From the NCBI GenBank assembly GCA_004377005.1, contig SOIV01000268.1, positions 1-57,923 of the forward strand: DNA of 57,923 nt, given 5' to 3'. The translations under genes were made by a program, and so were the position numbers. Of the stretch, positions 9,041 to 18,460 are shown piece after piece. A model generated the notes under the pieces. It worked only from the letters and a program-made list of their open reading frames with translations. It was not told where the DNA came from and did not search any database. Numbering within the stretch: the first letter of the stretch is position 1; each line of letters opens with the position of its first letter. The stretch is from Candidatus Aminicenantes bacterium. Its GTDB lineage: Bacteria; Acidobacteriota; Aminicenantia; Aminicenantales; Aminicenantaceae.

Positions 9041-9292
9041 CCATTTCCGTGATAACTGGTTGCTGTGTTCAGGACAAAGGTTTTGGGAAATATTTGCAGC
9101 GACCATTGAAGATTTAGCCTTCGGAATTCGCTCTTCGAGGGAACCCGACGGAGTAGGGCGTCGAGTATGTCTGAGCGGAGCGAGTTACGCAGACGCCGAG
9201 AAGAGCGAATGGAGAATGGCGTTAAAAATCTGAAGGGAGCTAGGCTATTTCCCAAAACCTTTTCTAATAACGGAAATTGATATGGTTACATT
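9041..9292. repeat. Long imperfect palindrome (~100-nt arms around a GC-rich core), MITE-like or a structured RNA.
   Basis: Left-arm blocks atttccgt, aaaggttttgggaaata and attcgctcttc reappear reverse-complemented in the right arm. The core contains cgacg-gagtaggg-cgtcg and ggcgtc...gacgcc hairpins. Confidence 0.6.
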
Positions 9293-9339
9293 TCAGCAGG
9301 CAAGATTTCTATTTCTTTTGTTTATGATATAATGGAGGC

Positions 9340-11298
9340 ATGAAAAATAAGCAAAAATTACTGCTTGCATTATTAATATCTGTTTTTTTTGCTTCATTTT
9401 TGAGCTCTTCAAGCGCTTCAACAAAAAAATCAGACCCATGGAAAAAATGGCTGGATGAAGTTCATCTCATCGTGACCAAAGCAGAAGAATCTGTTTTCTT
9501 TAGTTTGAAAACAGAGGAAGATAAGAAAAGATTTCAGGAACAATTCTGGAAAGCTAGAGATCCTAAGCCTGAAACTCCTTATAATGAATATAAGATTGAG
9601 TTTTATAGACGCCTAAAGCATGCAGATACTCAATTAGAAGGTCCTAACTCAGCCATGGGACGGATTTATATTCTTCTGGGTGAACCTTTTGAGAAAAGAA
9701 ATTATTCTGGCTATGGAGACGTAGTCGACTGCGAGTTATGGATTTATCGTGCTGACGGGAGGCCCGGACTTCCACCTTTTATGCATTTATTATTTTATAG
9801 GCCTAGAAATTTTGGGAATTACAGACAGTTTCACCCGGGTATTCATAATGCTTTAGATATAATCTCTCCAGGTTATTCAGTGGGGAGAGCCTCAAAACTC
9901 AAGGCATATCAAATCATAAGAAAGAGTTTACCTCAACTTGCTCAAGCCACTATCTCTGTTATCCCAGGAGAAGGCGATCCATTAAGGGGTCAATCCCTGA
10001 CTTCTTCGGGTTCTGCATTTGCCCAGATACATACCTTACCCGAAAGAGAAGTGAAAAGAAATTATCTTAAAAATTTCGCGGCCTTCGAGGGTATCGTGGA
10101 TGTTACATATTCAGCAAAAGAAATTGGAGGAAAAGGATTTATCTCTATAACCGAGAATAAAGGGTTTACATTCCTTAATTATTCTATTATGCCCGATGAT
10201 ATTGACCTTAGAAGAGTTGCTGACAATTTATATACAGCAGATATAACCATTAATCTAAGAATAGAGGACATGGAGGGAAGAACAATACATCAACAGGAGA
10301 GAAATATACATTTGGAATACGATGATATTAAGAAAAAAACTGAGATTGAAGAAAGAAAGCTCGCGTTCAAAGATTTCGCTCCTATCGTTAAGGGGGAGTA
10401 CAATGTCAGCATAACTTTTTCTAATAAGACCAAGGAAGGCTATTTCGTTCATCAAGAGAGGATAAGCATAAACGACGATACCGTGCCGGTTCTGGTGGGA
10501 TTTAAAATAAAAGAGCTAGAATCTGATAATTTCATGCCTTTTAGTACCGAAGGCTATAAAGTGCTCGCGGATCCACGGTTAATTTTCAACAAAGCCGAAT
10601 CTCTTGAAGGTCTAATCTTTTCAGAACAAAAACCTACTATTTATCTCAGGAGTATTGTAGACACAAATAACACATTTGAAATAAAGGATTTTGTGAAACA
10701 GGGAAATCTCTTTGTGTTCAGACAGCCATTGGTGGATATTAAAAGTGGCAATTATTTCTTAAGCATAAAAAACGAAAACGGGGAGATTTATAAAAAAATC
10801 ATATCCGTCATATCATTTCATGTTGAAAAGCCTTTAAACTATGAAAGATCTGAGGCTGCTTCATCAGAGTTTAATTACATATTTGTGATGGGGCAGCAAT
10901 ATTTAAATAAGGGCGAATTCGAGGCAGCGATAGAATACTTTAACAAACTTCCTGAAAACCTGTGGAATTCAACCACGCTTCCAGTCATAGCACGGGCTTA
11001 TTACGCCAACAAGGATTATGAAAAAGCTGTCGAACTCCTGGAAAAAGAGAATGTGGTAAAAAATTATTCTGCAATTTTGTTTCTTGCTAATTCATCTCTG
11101 GAGCTAAAAAGAAAACAGAAAGCAGCCGAATATTTTGAAATGCTGCGTAAATATGGGGATACGGCCGAGCTTAATAACGTCCTCGGAGCCTTATATCATT
11201 CATTGGGAGAAAGGGAAAAGGCAAAAATTTACTGGGAAAGGGCGGAAAAATTAGAAAAACCTAAAAAGAAAAATCTGAGCAATAATAAGGAGAAATGA
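9340..11298 (+). CDS. Secreted GWxTD-domain-like protein with C-terminal TPR repeats.
   Basis: The N-terminus after the signal peptide reads KWLDEVHLIVTKAEESVFFSL..EEDKKRFQEQFWKARDP....GRIYILLGEP, matching the GWxTD family pattern as I recall it. The GWxTD tetrapeptide itself is degenerate (NSAMG). Confidence 0.6.
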   Translation: MKNKQKLLLALLISVFFASFLSSSSASTKKSDPWKKWLDEVHLIVTKAEESVFFSLKTEEDKKRFQEQFWKARDPKPETPYNEYKIEFYRRLKHADTQLEGPNSAMGRIYILLGEPFEKRNYSGYGDVVDCELWIYRADGRPGLPPFMHLLFYRPRNFGNYRQFHPGIHNALDIISPGYSVGRASKLKAYQIIRKSLPQLAQATISVIPGEGDPLRGQSLTSSGSAFAQIHTLPEREVKRNYLKNFAAFEGIVDVTYSAKEIGGKGFISITENKGFTFLNYSIMPDDIDLRRVADNLYTADITINLRIEDMEGRTIHQQERNIHLEYDDIKKKTEIEERKLAFKDFAPIVKGEYNVSITFSNKTKEGYFVHQERISINDDTVPVLVGFKIKELESDNFMPFSTEGYKVLADPRLIFNKAESLEGLIFSEQKPTIYLRSIVDTNNTFEIKDFVKQGNLFVFRQPLVDIKSGNYFLSIKNENGEIYKKIISVISFHVEKPLNYERSEAASSEFNYIFVMGQQYLNKGEFEAAIEYFNKLPENLWNSTTLPVIARAYYANKDYEKAVELLEKENVVKNYSAILFLANSSLELKRKQKAAEYFEMLRKYGDTAELNNVLGALYHSLGEREKAKIYWERAEKLEKPKKKNLSNNKEK

Positions 11299-11299
11299 G

Positions 11300-12217
11300 A
11301 TGAGAACCATCAATAAATTGATTTTTATTGGCTTTTCTATTGTCTTCACCTTCAATATAGCGGCTCTTGCGTCTACCACAGGTGCTGTTGAAGGATTTGT
11401 AAAAGATGAACAAACAGGAGAACCGATTCTCAAGGCAAAAATTACGTTCGTGTCTACCAAATCTGCCAGTATAAGACTCATATCCCATTCAGATAAAAAA
11501 GGGCACTTCTACAGAGGCGGGCTGACAGTTGGTTTTTATCAGATTACAGTGGAAAAGGAAAATTATGTACCGACGCAAAGCACAGTCAGGGTCTCTCTTG
11601 GAGATACAGCCAAGATAGAAATAAAACTTAAGCCTTTTAAAGGCCTGCCTCCTGTAACAAAAAAAATCTCAAGCAAGGCGGTATCTCTATTGAATGAAGG
11701 CAAATATAAAGAGGCAATAGAAAAATTTACGGAAGCGATCACAGAAGATCCAGAGAATCCGATTTTCTATTACTACCGAGGTGCTGCCTTCGAAAAAACT
11801 GGTGACTTGGACAAATCAATAGAAGATTATCAAAAATCTGTCGAATTAAAGCCCGATTTCATTCTACCCACTGCAAACATAGGAAAAATCTATGCAAAAA
11901 AGAGAGAGCATGAAAAGGCGATTGAGTTCTACAAAAAAGCAGTCGAATTAGGCGATCAAGATGCCACCAATTACTACAACTACGGAGTATGTCTAATGAA
12001 TCTTGGAAAAAACGAGCAAGCGAAAGAGGTTTTAGAAAAATTGATTTTTCTTGATGAAAATTACTCTGATGCCTACTATCAGCTTGGCATCATTTATATC
12101 GGTTTAGGCGACTCGGCAAAAGCAAAAGAATTTCTCCAAAAATTCATAGACCTGGATCCAGAAAATCAGAATGCTTCGATTGCAAAAGAGATATTAAAAA
12201 GTTTGAATTTACCTTAA
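11300..12217 (+). CDS. Secreted CarboxypepD_reg domain protein with TPR repeats.
   Basis: VEGFVKDEQTGEPILKAKITF...GHFYRGGLTVGFYQITVEKENY followed by TPR repeats. AAGGAG RBS. The start is 1 nt after the upstream stop. Confidence 0.8.
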   Translation: MRTINKLIFIGFSIVFTFNIAALASTTGAVEGFVKDEQTGEPILKAKITFVSTKSASIRLISHSDKKGHFYRGGLTVGFYQITVEKENYVPTQSTVRVSLGDTAKIEIKLKPFKGLPPVTKKISSKAVSLLNEGKYKEAIEKFTEAITEDPENPIFYYYRGAAFEKTGDLDKSIEDYQKSVELKPDFILPTANIGKIYAKKREHEKAIEFYKKAVELGDQDATNYYNYGVCLMNLGKNEQAKEVLEKLIFLDENYSDAYYQLGIIYIGLGDSAKAKEFLQKFIDLDPENQNASIAKEILKSLNLP

Positions 12218-12225
12218 TTATTGTT

Positions 12226-14691
12226 CTATCGATTATTCTTCTCTAATTTTTGCTGAAGTTGTTGGCCCTTTCGAAGCTCTTCATGATACTTATCCGTTTG
12301 ACCAAGGCGATTGTAGATATCGGCCAATATAAAATGGGCTAAGGGTGCATATTCTGATTCAGGGGCCAACTCCAACCCTTTTTTGGCAAACCGTACCACC
12401 TCGTCAAAGTTTTCACCCAAATCTAAGTATGCTTTTGCCAAGAAAAGATATCCGTTAGCGAAGTCTTTTTTATGCTTGATGGCTTCCTTGAAGTGTTCGA
12501 TCCCCTTATGCGGAGAACCTATCTTCACATAAAGCTTTGCCAGATTGAAATGGGCAGGATAGGCTGCCGGATGCAATTCGATTTCCTTTTTATATTCTTC
12601 TACCGCTCTTCGCAGCTCATTCCTCTCTTCATAAACCAGGGCCAGGTTGAAATGGCCATCTGGAATATGGAGTCTCATTTCCAAGGCTTTGTTGAATTCT
12701 GCCTCTGCCTGTTCCAGCATTTCTTTTTCAAAATAAGCTGTCCCCAATAGATTGTGAGCCATAGAACTCCGTTCAGGCTCTAAATCGATTGCCTTTTGCA
12801 AATAAAATATGGCCTTATCTATATCATCCATTTTCATGTATATTTCTCCAAGGTTATAGGCAGCTTTATGGTCTCGAGGATCCAATTGCATTAACCTTTC
12901 ATACCCAGTTATGGCTTCCTCGTATTTTTTTAGCCGCTTGTAAGCGTGGGCTAGACTGAATATAGCCGCCTCGTATTCAGGGTCAATCTTCAACGCTTCT
13001 TTACATTCTTCGATTGCCTCCTCAAGTTTGTTCGTTTTTAAAAAGATCCGAGCCCGGACTCGACGCGCTTCCTTAATCAGAGGGTCTTCTTCTATAACCT
13101 CTGTTATTCTCTCTAATGCCCCATCCAGTTTATCTTCGGCAAAGTTTCCTTCAGCCATTTTTATTTTATTAAAGAGATGGATTTTATCTTTCGGGTCTGG
13201 TAGATCCCCTGACTTGCCTAGTTCCGATTGCGAGGTAAAGCCTCCAACATAGCCCAAAGCCATAAGCTTTTCCATAGCCTCTTCATCCAGCTTTTGGGGC
13301 CCCTTCTCCTCAATCCCTTCTGCAGACATCTTTTCCAGCAGACTGTTTAGCTTTTCTTCAAATTGCTTTCCTATTCTGATCTCTTGTCTGTATATATTGG
13401 TAAGCTCGTTTGGATCGTTAACAATATCGTAGAGCTCAGGCCTTGGCGCTTGAATATATTTGTACCGAGAGTTCTGGAGGCTTTTCAACTCGCTCCAGCC
13501 AAAATGATATCGTGGATAATAAGTCTCACTGTAAGCAAAACGTTCCTGGTTCGAGTGTTTATCCAAAATCAGAGGGAGGAGGCTCTTCCCCTGGACTTCA
13601 CTGGGAAGAGGAAGGCCGAGTATCTGCAGCAGAGTGGGCATGATATCAATGGTTTCCACACGTGCATTGACCTTCTTAGCCTTTAAACTTTGAGAAGGGA
13701 GCTTGATGATTAAAGGAACAGAGATGGCCGCGTCATAAATAAAGAAGCCGTGAGCGTTTTCTTTATGTTGTCCAAGGCTTTCTCCATGATCACCTACTAT
13801 AACTATCAAGGTTTTCTTTAAAACGTCTTTTTCGATGAGTTTATCCAGCACTTTTCCAATCAACTCATCAACATAGGCTATCTCGCCATCATAGAGCCCC
13901 CAATTCCATTTCGAAAATCTGGTTTTGTATGGTTCAGGCGGATCATAAGGAGTATGGGGGTCGTAGAAATGAATCCAGCTGAAAAATTTCTTCTGGTAAT
14001 TTTTTTCAAACCATTCAAAAAATGCTTCTATAACTTCTCCTCCTTCTCGCTGGACAGAATCGAGGGATATCCTTTTATATTTTGCAAAATCGAAGTTATC
14101 GTAATAATAGTCGATTCCCTGGTCCAATCCCCACCGAGAATCGACGACAAAGGCGCCAACAAAGGCACTGGTAGCCATACCGTGCACTTTGAGTACTTCT
14201 GCCAGGGTAGTCCTCTCCGGTTCAAGGTAAAAGCCTCCGTTATCCCTGACGCCGTGATAGAAGGGGTAAGTACCGGTGAACATGGAAGAATGAGAAGGAA
14301 GAGTGAGTGGTACCTGACAAGTGGCATTTTTAAACAATATACCGGTTTCTGCAAGCCTGTCCATGTTGGGAGTTTCAGCTCTATCGTAACCGTAACACCC
14401 CAAATGGTCGGCTCTGGTCGTGTCCAGGGTGAAAAAGAGGATATTCAGCTCCGAGACATCAAGAGGTCTCATCAATTCTTCTAATTCAGAGATGTATCTA
14501 TCCTCTTTTGTAGGAAGGAATCTGGTCAAGGTGAAAAAAAGTACCACAACAGCAGCCAAAACTCCTATTAATATAAAAAAGAGAGGCTTACGGAAAAAAA
14601 GCATTTTTTCTTCTCCAATCTTGTCCTTGATCATTTTCTTTTCGTTCTCAGAATCTTGCAAAACCCTCAGCTCTGCTTCGGTTCTCTTCAA
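12226..14691 (-). CDS. Membrane-anchored sulfatase-like (alkaline-phosphatase superfamily) hydrolase/transferase fused to a long TPR array.
   Basis: LDTTRADHLGCYGY...TLPSHSSMFTG...GDHGESLG, then more than 6 TPR repeats. An alternative start at 14604 (MLFFRKPLFF) has GGAGAA upstream. Confidence 0.85.
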   Translation of the reverse strand: MKRTEAELRVLQDSENEKKMIKDKIGEEKMLFFRKPLFFILIGVLAAVVVLFFTLTRFLPTKEDRYISELEELMRPLDVSELNILFFTLDTTRADHLGCYGYDRAETPNMDRLAETGILFKNATCQVPLTLPSHSSMFTGTYPFYHGVRDNGGFYLEPERTTLAEVLKVHGMATSAFVGAFVVDSRWGLDQGIDYYYDNFDFAKYKRISLDSVQREGGEVIEAFFEWFEKNYQKKFFSWIHFYDPHTPYDPPEPYKTRFSKWNWGLYDGEIAYVDELIGKVLDKLIEKDVLKKTLIVIVGDHGESLGQHKENAHGFFIYDAAISVPLIIKLPSQSLKAKKVNARVETIDIMPTLLQILGLPLPSEVQGKSLLPLILDKHSNQERFAYSETYYPRYHFGWSELKSLQNSRYKYIQAPRPELYDIVNDPNELTNIYRQEIRIGKQFEEKLNSLLEKMSAEGIEEKGPQKLDEEAMEKLMALGYVGGFTSQSELGKSGDLPDPKDKIHLFNKIKMAEGNFAEDKLDGALERITEVIEEDPLIKEARRVRARIFLKTNKLEEAIEECKEALKIDPEYEAAIFSLAHAYKRLKKYEEAITGYERLMQLDPRDHKAAYNLGEIYMKMDDIDKAIFYLQKAIDLEPERSSMAHNLLGTAYFEKEMLEQAEAEFNKALEMRLHIPDGHFNLALVYEERNELRRAVEEYKKEIELHPAAYPAHFNLAKLYVKIGSPHKGIEHFKEAIKHKKDFANGYLFLAKAYLDLGENFDEVVRFAKKGLELAPESEYAPLAHFILADIYNRLGQTDKYHEELRKGQQLQQKLEKNNR

Positions 14692-14705
14692 AGGTTATGA
14701 GAGTA

Positions 14706-16172
14706 CTAATCTTCCAAACCTGCATATTTACAGACGATTTCAACAGCTCGGACAAGGGATCTCACGCCCAATCTTGCGTATTCTTCGTTTAGCTCTGCAT
14801 TTTCATCCAGGGTACCCAACCCCGGACCGAGGAATATGTTCCCACTGTAGATAAGAGCCGGATAAATTCCCATCTCTTCCAGAGCGGATGCTATAGGATG
14901 GGCTTTGATGAATAAATCCTCACTGGTAAAAATTGGTATCCCGAATTCACCATCTTCCCAAGTCCGTTCATAATTGAGTTCAGTCCCACCCATTGTATAG
15001 GATTTTGTGATGATGAGCTTGTCCCTGAACCTGCTCGGCTTGAGAGCGCTGAATTCTTCTGTAATGATATCGTGGTATTTATCGATAGGTCTCTTAATTT
15101 TATCTGGATCGTCACGTAAAGTCTTCAAGACTGCAGTCAAGCCGACGACAGAATCCCTGCCTGGATCGCAAAGAGAGAAAAGAGCCTTGCTATGGGAGGA
15201 AACTTCACCATGTCTCTGGCCGCCCAACCCTAAGCTCTTTCGAACAGGGACCATAATTTCCTCTTTTCCCACAATAAGGCCGCTGATAGGGGCGCGGGCC
15301 GCTTTATCCATGCTCCAAACCATGATATCCGCACAAATATCTTTAGGGGAGAGCCCTATAACAGGAAGGCAGCTGGCGCTGTCTACCAGATACGGAACAT
15401 CATATTTGTCAGCAAGTTGCCCAATAAGTTTTTTAAGCTTTGGAACACCGCTCTCATCTTTCTCGCCATACCCATATCCAGGAGTATCATAGCCAATGCT
15501 TTCGAAGCCTGCCAGAGTGTCTGCGTGCCGTTCAGCAACCTCCGCAATCCTCTCTATAGATTTCTCAGCATCTGTTCCTGTCATCAAAGGGACAGGATTG
15601 AATTTTATCCCGTGAACCTCATATTTGGTTCCAACAAGCCGGACAAATATCGAATCCAGATTCGGCAGGCTCTTCCCCTCCACACCCAACTCTCCGGCTG
15701 AACAGCTTCTGTCAATAAAAAGATTTTTATACTTTGGGGGAAAAGGCCTTCCATACGCTGCCATAAAATCAAAATCTTCTCCGTAAGGTGCGATATACCT
15801 CGCTCTATAAGCATCTCCTTTCCTCAGGGTCGGTGGAGCAAATAGAGTTTCAAAACAGACCCGCAATGCTGCTTCGCATGTGTTTGTTACTGCGGCGTCA
15901 TACTCATCACCGTAAATGTCTTTAATGACCTCTCTGAGTTCATCCTCAACCTCTCTCACGGGCAGTACCGGGATCTGGTTTGCTTTAATGATCGCATCCA
16001 GGACATATTTTGGCAGCGATCCGGGACAGGATGAACTGCCCGGATACAATCCTATTTTATTCTTCAACTTATCCAGACCCAGTTCCTTTGCTGCTTTCCC
16101 TGCTTCTTCAAGAATCTTAGGTAGATTGTTGTATATTTCTTGATACCATTGGAACCTGTATTTTGGTTTCAT
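14706..16172 (-). CDS. Putative fold-type-I PLP-dependent enzyme of the SelA/DgaE-like group. Function unknown.
   Basis: The segment DIMVWSMDKAARAPISGLIVGKEEI resembles the SelA lysine region [20 protein letters not shown]. It lies 14 bp upstream of the sulfatase-TPR gene on the same strand. The call is from motif memory only. Confidence 0.45.
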   Translation of the reverse strand: MKPKYRFQWYQEIYNNLPKILEEAGKAAKELGLDKLKNKIGLYPGSSSCPGSLPKYVLDAIIKANQIPVLPVREVEDELREVIKDIYGDEYDAAVTNTCEAALRVCFETLFAPPTLRKGDAYRARYIAPYGEDFDFMAAYGRPFPPKYKNLFIDRSCSAGELGVEGKSLPNLDSIFVRLVGTKYEVHGIKFNPVPLMTGTDAEKSIERIAEVAERHADTLAGFESIGYDTPGYGYGEKDESGVPKLKKLIGQLADKYDVPYLVDSASCLPVIGLSPKDICADIMVWSMDKAARAPISGLIVGKEEIMVPVRKSLGLGGQRHGEVSSHSKALFSLCDPGRDSVVGLTAVLKTLRDDPDKIKRPIDKYHDIITEEFSALKPSRFRDKLIITKSYTMGGTELNYERTWEDGEFGIPIFTSEDLFIKAHPIASALEEMGIYPALIYSGNIFLGPGLGTLDENAELNEEYARLGVRSLVRAVEIVCKYAGLED

Positions 16173-16423
16173 TTAAATGCCCTCCTTTTCATTCATGTGC
16201 GTCCTTCTAAAGGATATGCAACTTCGTGTAAAATGTCACCTTTTTGTTATTCCAAACATGATGGGTCGCTACTCTTCCTAACAAACTGGGAGAGAGCAAC
16301 GGATTGCCTAATATTGCATAAGTATAAAGACTATATTATACTTTTTTTTTCATTTTTATGTACATTATTTAAGGGGAAGGAGAAATAAAATTGAAAAAAG
16401 CAATAAACTTAGAGGAGATTTCT

Positions 16424-18430
16424 ATGAAAAAAATTATTTTGAGCTGGGTTTTATTCCTTTTCTGTCTTAGCATTATTTATTCGCAGGATGCGAATCCCCG
16501 TCCTATGACTGTCGATGATGCATTGAATATGGTCCGTCTTAGAAACGTTCGAATGTCTCCGGACGGAAAGTGGGTATTCTTTTCAAAATCGGAGCTGGAT
16601 TGGGAAAAAAACAAGAGAAAGACGAAACACTTCATGATTCCGGCAAGTGGCGGTGAGGCCTTCCAATTTATTGGCGATGCAGGTGGCAGTTCATTCCAGT
16701 TTTCGCCCGATGGGAAATATCTCTCGTTTAAGCGTACTGTCGATAAGAAAGACCAGATATTCGTCATGCGCCTCAAAGGCGGCGAAGCTGTTCAGCTCAC
16801 CTCTCACAAAAACAGTGTGGATTCTTATAAATGGTCTGCAGATGCAAGTAAAATATTTTTTACGGCTGAAGAACCGAGGAGTAAAGAAGAACAGAAAGAA
16901 TATGATTTGGGAGACGATGCGATCTTTGTCTTTGAAGGGCCGAACGGAAGAGAGGAAGCCCGATGGCGAAACCTCTGGGTATTCAATCTTTCATCCAAGA
17001 AAGAAGTGCGGTTAACGGACGAGGAACTTATTATCAACTCTTTCGATATTTCTCCAGATGGAACAAGAGTCGTGTTCGCAGCAACAAAACAAGACACCGA
17101 TAACTATTTCCATCTGTCTGAGCTCTATCTGGTTTATGTAAGTAATCCAAAACCGGTTCGACTTACCAACAATAACGCTCCGGAGGGTAATATCCTATGG
17201 GCTCCGGACGGGAAAGCATTTATCTACCATTCTCCTTCTGACAAGGATTTCGACTTGACTCACGGCTTCCTCTGGATTATGAATCCAGATTCAGGTGAGA
17301 AGAGGAAACTGGAAAAACCGAACCAGGGTAATATTTCCAGTCTCGCCTGGACGCCAGACGGTAAGAGTCTGTTATTCAACGAAGGACGTCGTACCAATCT
17401 CAATCTCTATCGAGCCGACATCGCCACAGGAAAAATCCATGATGTCACTAACGTTGAAGGAACTCTCCGGGTTCTCGCTTTTTCGAAAGATAGGACAAAG
17501 ATGGTTTACTCTTATAGCGATTTTGACACTCCACCTGATCTGTATGCCTCTTCGGTGGGTAAATTAAATCCTATTCGCTTGACTAGCACAAATCCATGGA
17601 TCGAAAAGGAGCTATTGTTGGCCAAGGGCGAAGTGGTACGCTGGAAGAGCAAAGACGGAATGGAGATCGAGGGAGTGCTTTATGTGCCAGGAAACCATAA
17701 GAAAGGAAAAAAAGTCCCCCTAATAGTTACTATTCATGGTGGGCCACCGGGGCGCTTTTCTAATGGCTTCAGGGCTGTGTTTCATGTTTTCGCAGGGCTG
17801 GGATATGCCTCTCTCGGTCCAAATATTAGAGGCAGCAATAGCTACGGCGATGGCCTTTTATGCGCTCTGCAAGGAGATGTCGGTGGCGGTGAGTTCGATG
17901 ATGTTATGTCAGGAGTAGACAACCTGATAGAGAAGCGTATTGCAGATCCAGATCGATTGGGAGTACGGGGTTGGAGTTGGGGAGGAATCCTCGGTAGCTG
18001 GGTCATCACGCAGACCGATCGCTTTAAGGCAGCCTCTTTGGGAGCCATGGTCGGCAGCTGGACTGCGGATTCAGGACCAGGCCTTAGCTATGACCTCAAG
18101 CATCATTACATCGGGGGAGCTCACTGGATAAACCCCGAGGATTGGCGCAAGGTTTCATCTCTCTGGTACGTAAAAAATGTGACAACTCCTACGCTTTTGC
18201 TCCATGGTGCACGAGATGTGGTCAGCACTCCCAATCAAGCCATGATGTTTTTCCATGCGCTCAAAGAAATCGGCAAGGCTCCAGTACGGTACATCAATTT
18301 TCCTCGAGAACCGCATGGATTTCGAGAGCCCCGGCATCAGCGTCGACGTGACATAGAAGAGATTAGATGGATGCAGAAATACATCCGCGGAATAGATTGG
18401 AAACCATGGGAACGAAAAGAGCAAAAATAA
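16424..18430 (+). CDS. Secreted S9-family serine peptidase (prolyl oligopeptidase / acylaminoacyl-peptidase type) with an N-terminal beta-propeller.
   Basis: Repeated SPDGK propeller motifs, catalytic GWSWGG (GxSxGG) and a C-terminal alpha/beta-hydrolase region. The start is placed at MKKIILSW (AGAGGAG upstream) rather than the TTG at 16391. Confidence 0.9.
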   Translation: MKKIILSWVLFLFCLSIIYSQDANPRPMTVDDALNMVRLRNVRMSPDGKWVFFSKSELDWEKNKRKTKHFMIPASGGEAFQFIGDAGGSSFQFSPDGKYLSFKRTVDKKDQIFVMRLKGGEAVQLTSHKNSVDSYKWSADASKIFFTAEEPRSKEEQKEYDLGDDAIFVFEGPNGREEARWRNLWVFNLSSKKEVRLTDEELIINSFDISPDGTRVVFAATKQDTDNYFHLSELYLVYVSNPKPVRLTNNNAPEGNILWAPDGKAFIYHSPSDKDFDLTHGFLWIMNPDSGEKRKLEKPNQGNISSLAWTPDGKSLLFNEGRRTNLNLYRADIATGKIHDVTNVEGTLRVLAFSKDRTKMVYSYSDFDTPPDLYASSVGKLNPIRLTSTNPWIEKELLLAKGEVVRWKSKDGMEIEGVLYVPGNHKKGKKVPLIVTIHGGPPGRFSNGFRAVFHVFAGLGYASLGPNIRGSNSYGDGLLCALQGDVGGGEFDDVMSGVDNLIEKRIADPDRLGVRGWSWGGILGSWVITQTDRFKAASLGAMVGSWTADSGPGLSYDLKHHYIGGAHWINPEDWRKVSSLWYVKNVTTPTLLLHGARDVVSTPNQAMMFFHALKEIGKAPVRYINFPREPHGFREPRHQRRRDIEEIRWMQKYIRGIDWKPWERKEQK

Positions 18431-18460
18431 AACTCTTAAGGTCTAACGTCGCTCGCTTCC

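Noticed and set aside
8971-9255. 94-aa ORF on the minus strand.
   Set aside because: It lies entirely within the long palindromic element. It is Arg/Ser/Leu-rich and of low complexity, has no RBS and shows no family resemblance. It is most likely a repeat-generated ORF.
13954-14484. 176-aa antisense ORF. The same applies to other long shadow ORFs, for example 15007-15492, 19643-20062, 24347-24712, 54697-55047 and 57089-57661.
   Set aside because: Each lies wholly inside, and antisense to, a well-supported conserved CDS. They have low-complexity composition and no independent start signals.
14706-16172. Selenocysteine machinery (a true SelA).
   Set aside because: Similarity is limited to the lysine region. 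The N-terminal half is unrelated. There are no in-frame TGA candidates, SECIS-like hairpins, or selB, selC or selD genes in the window.
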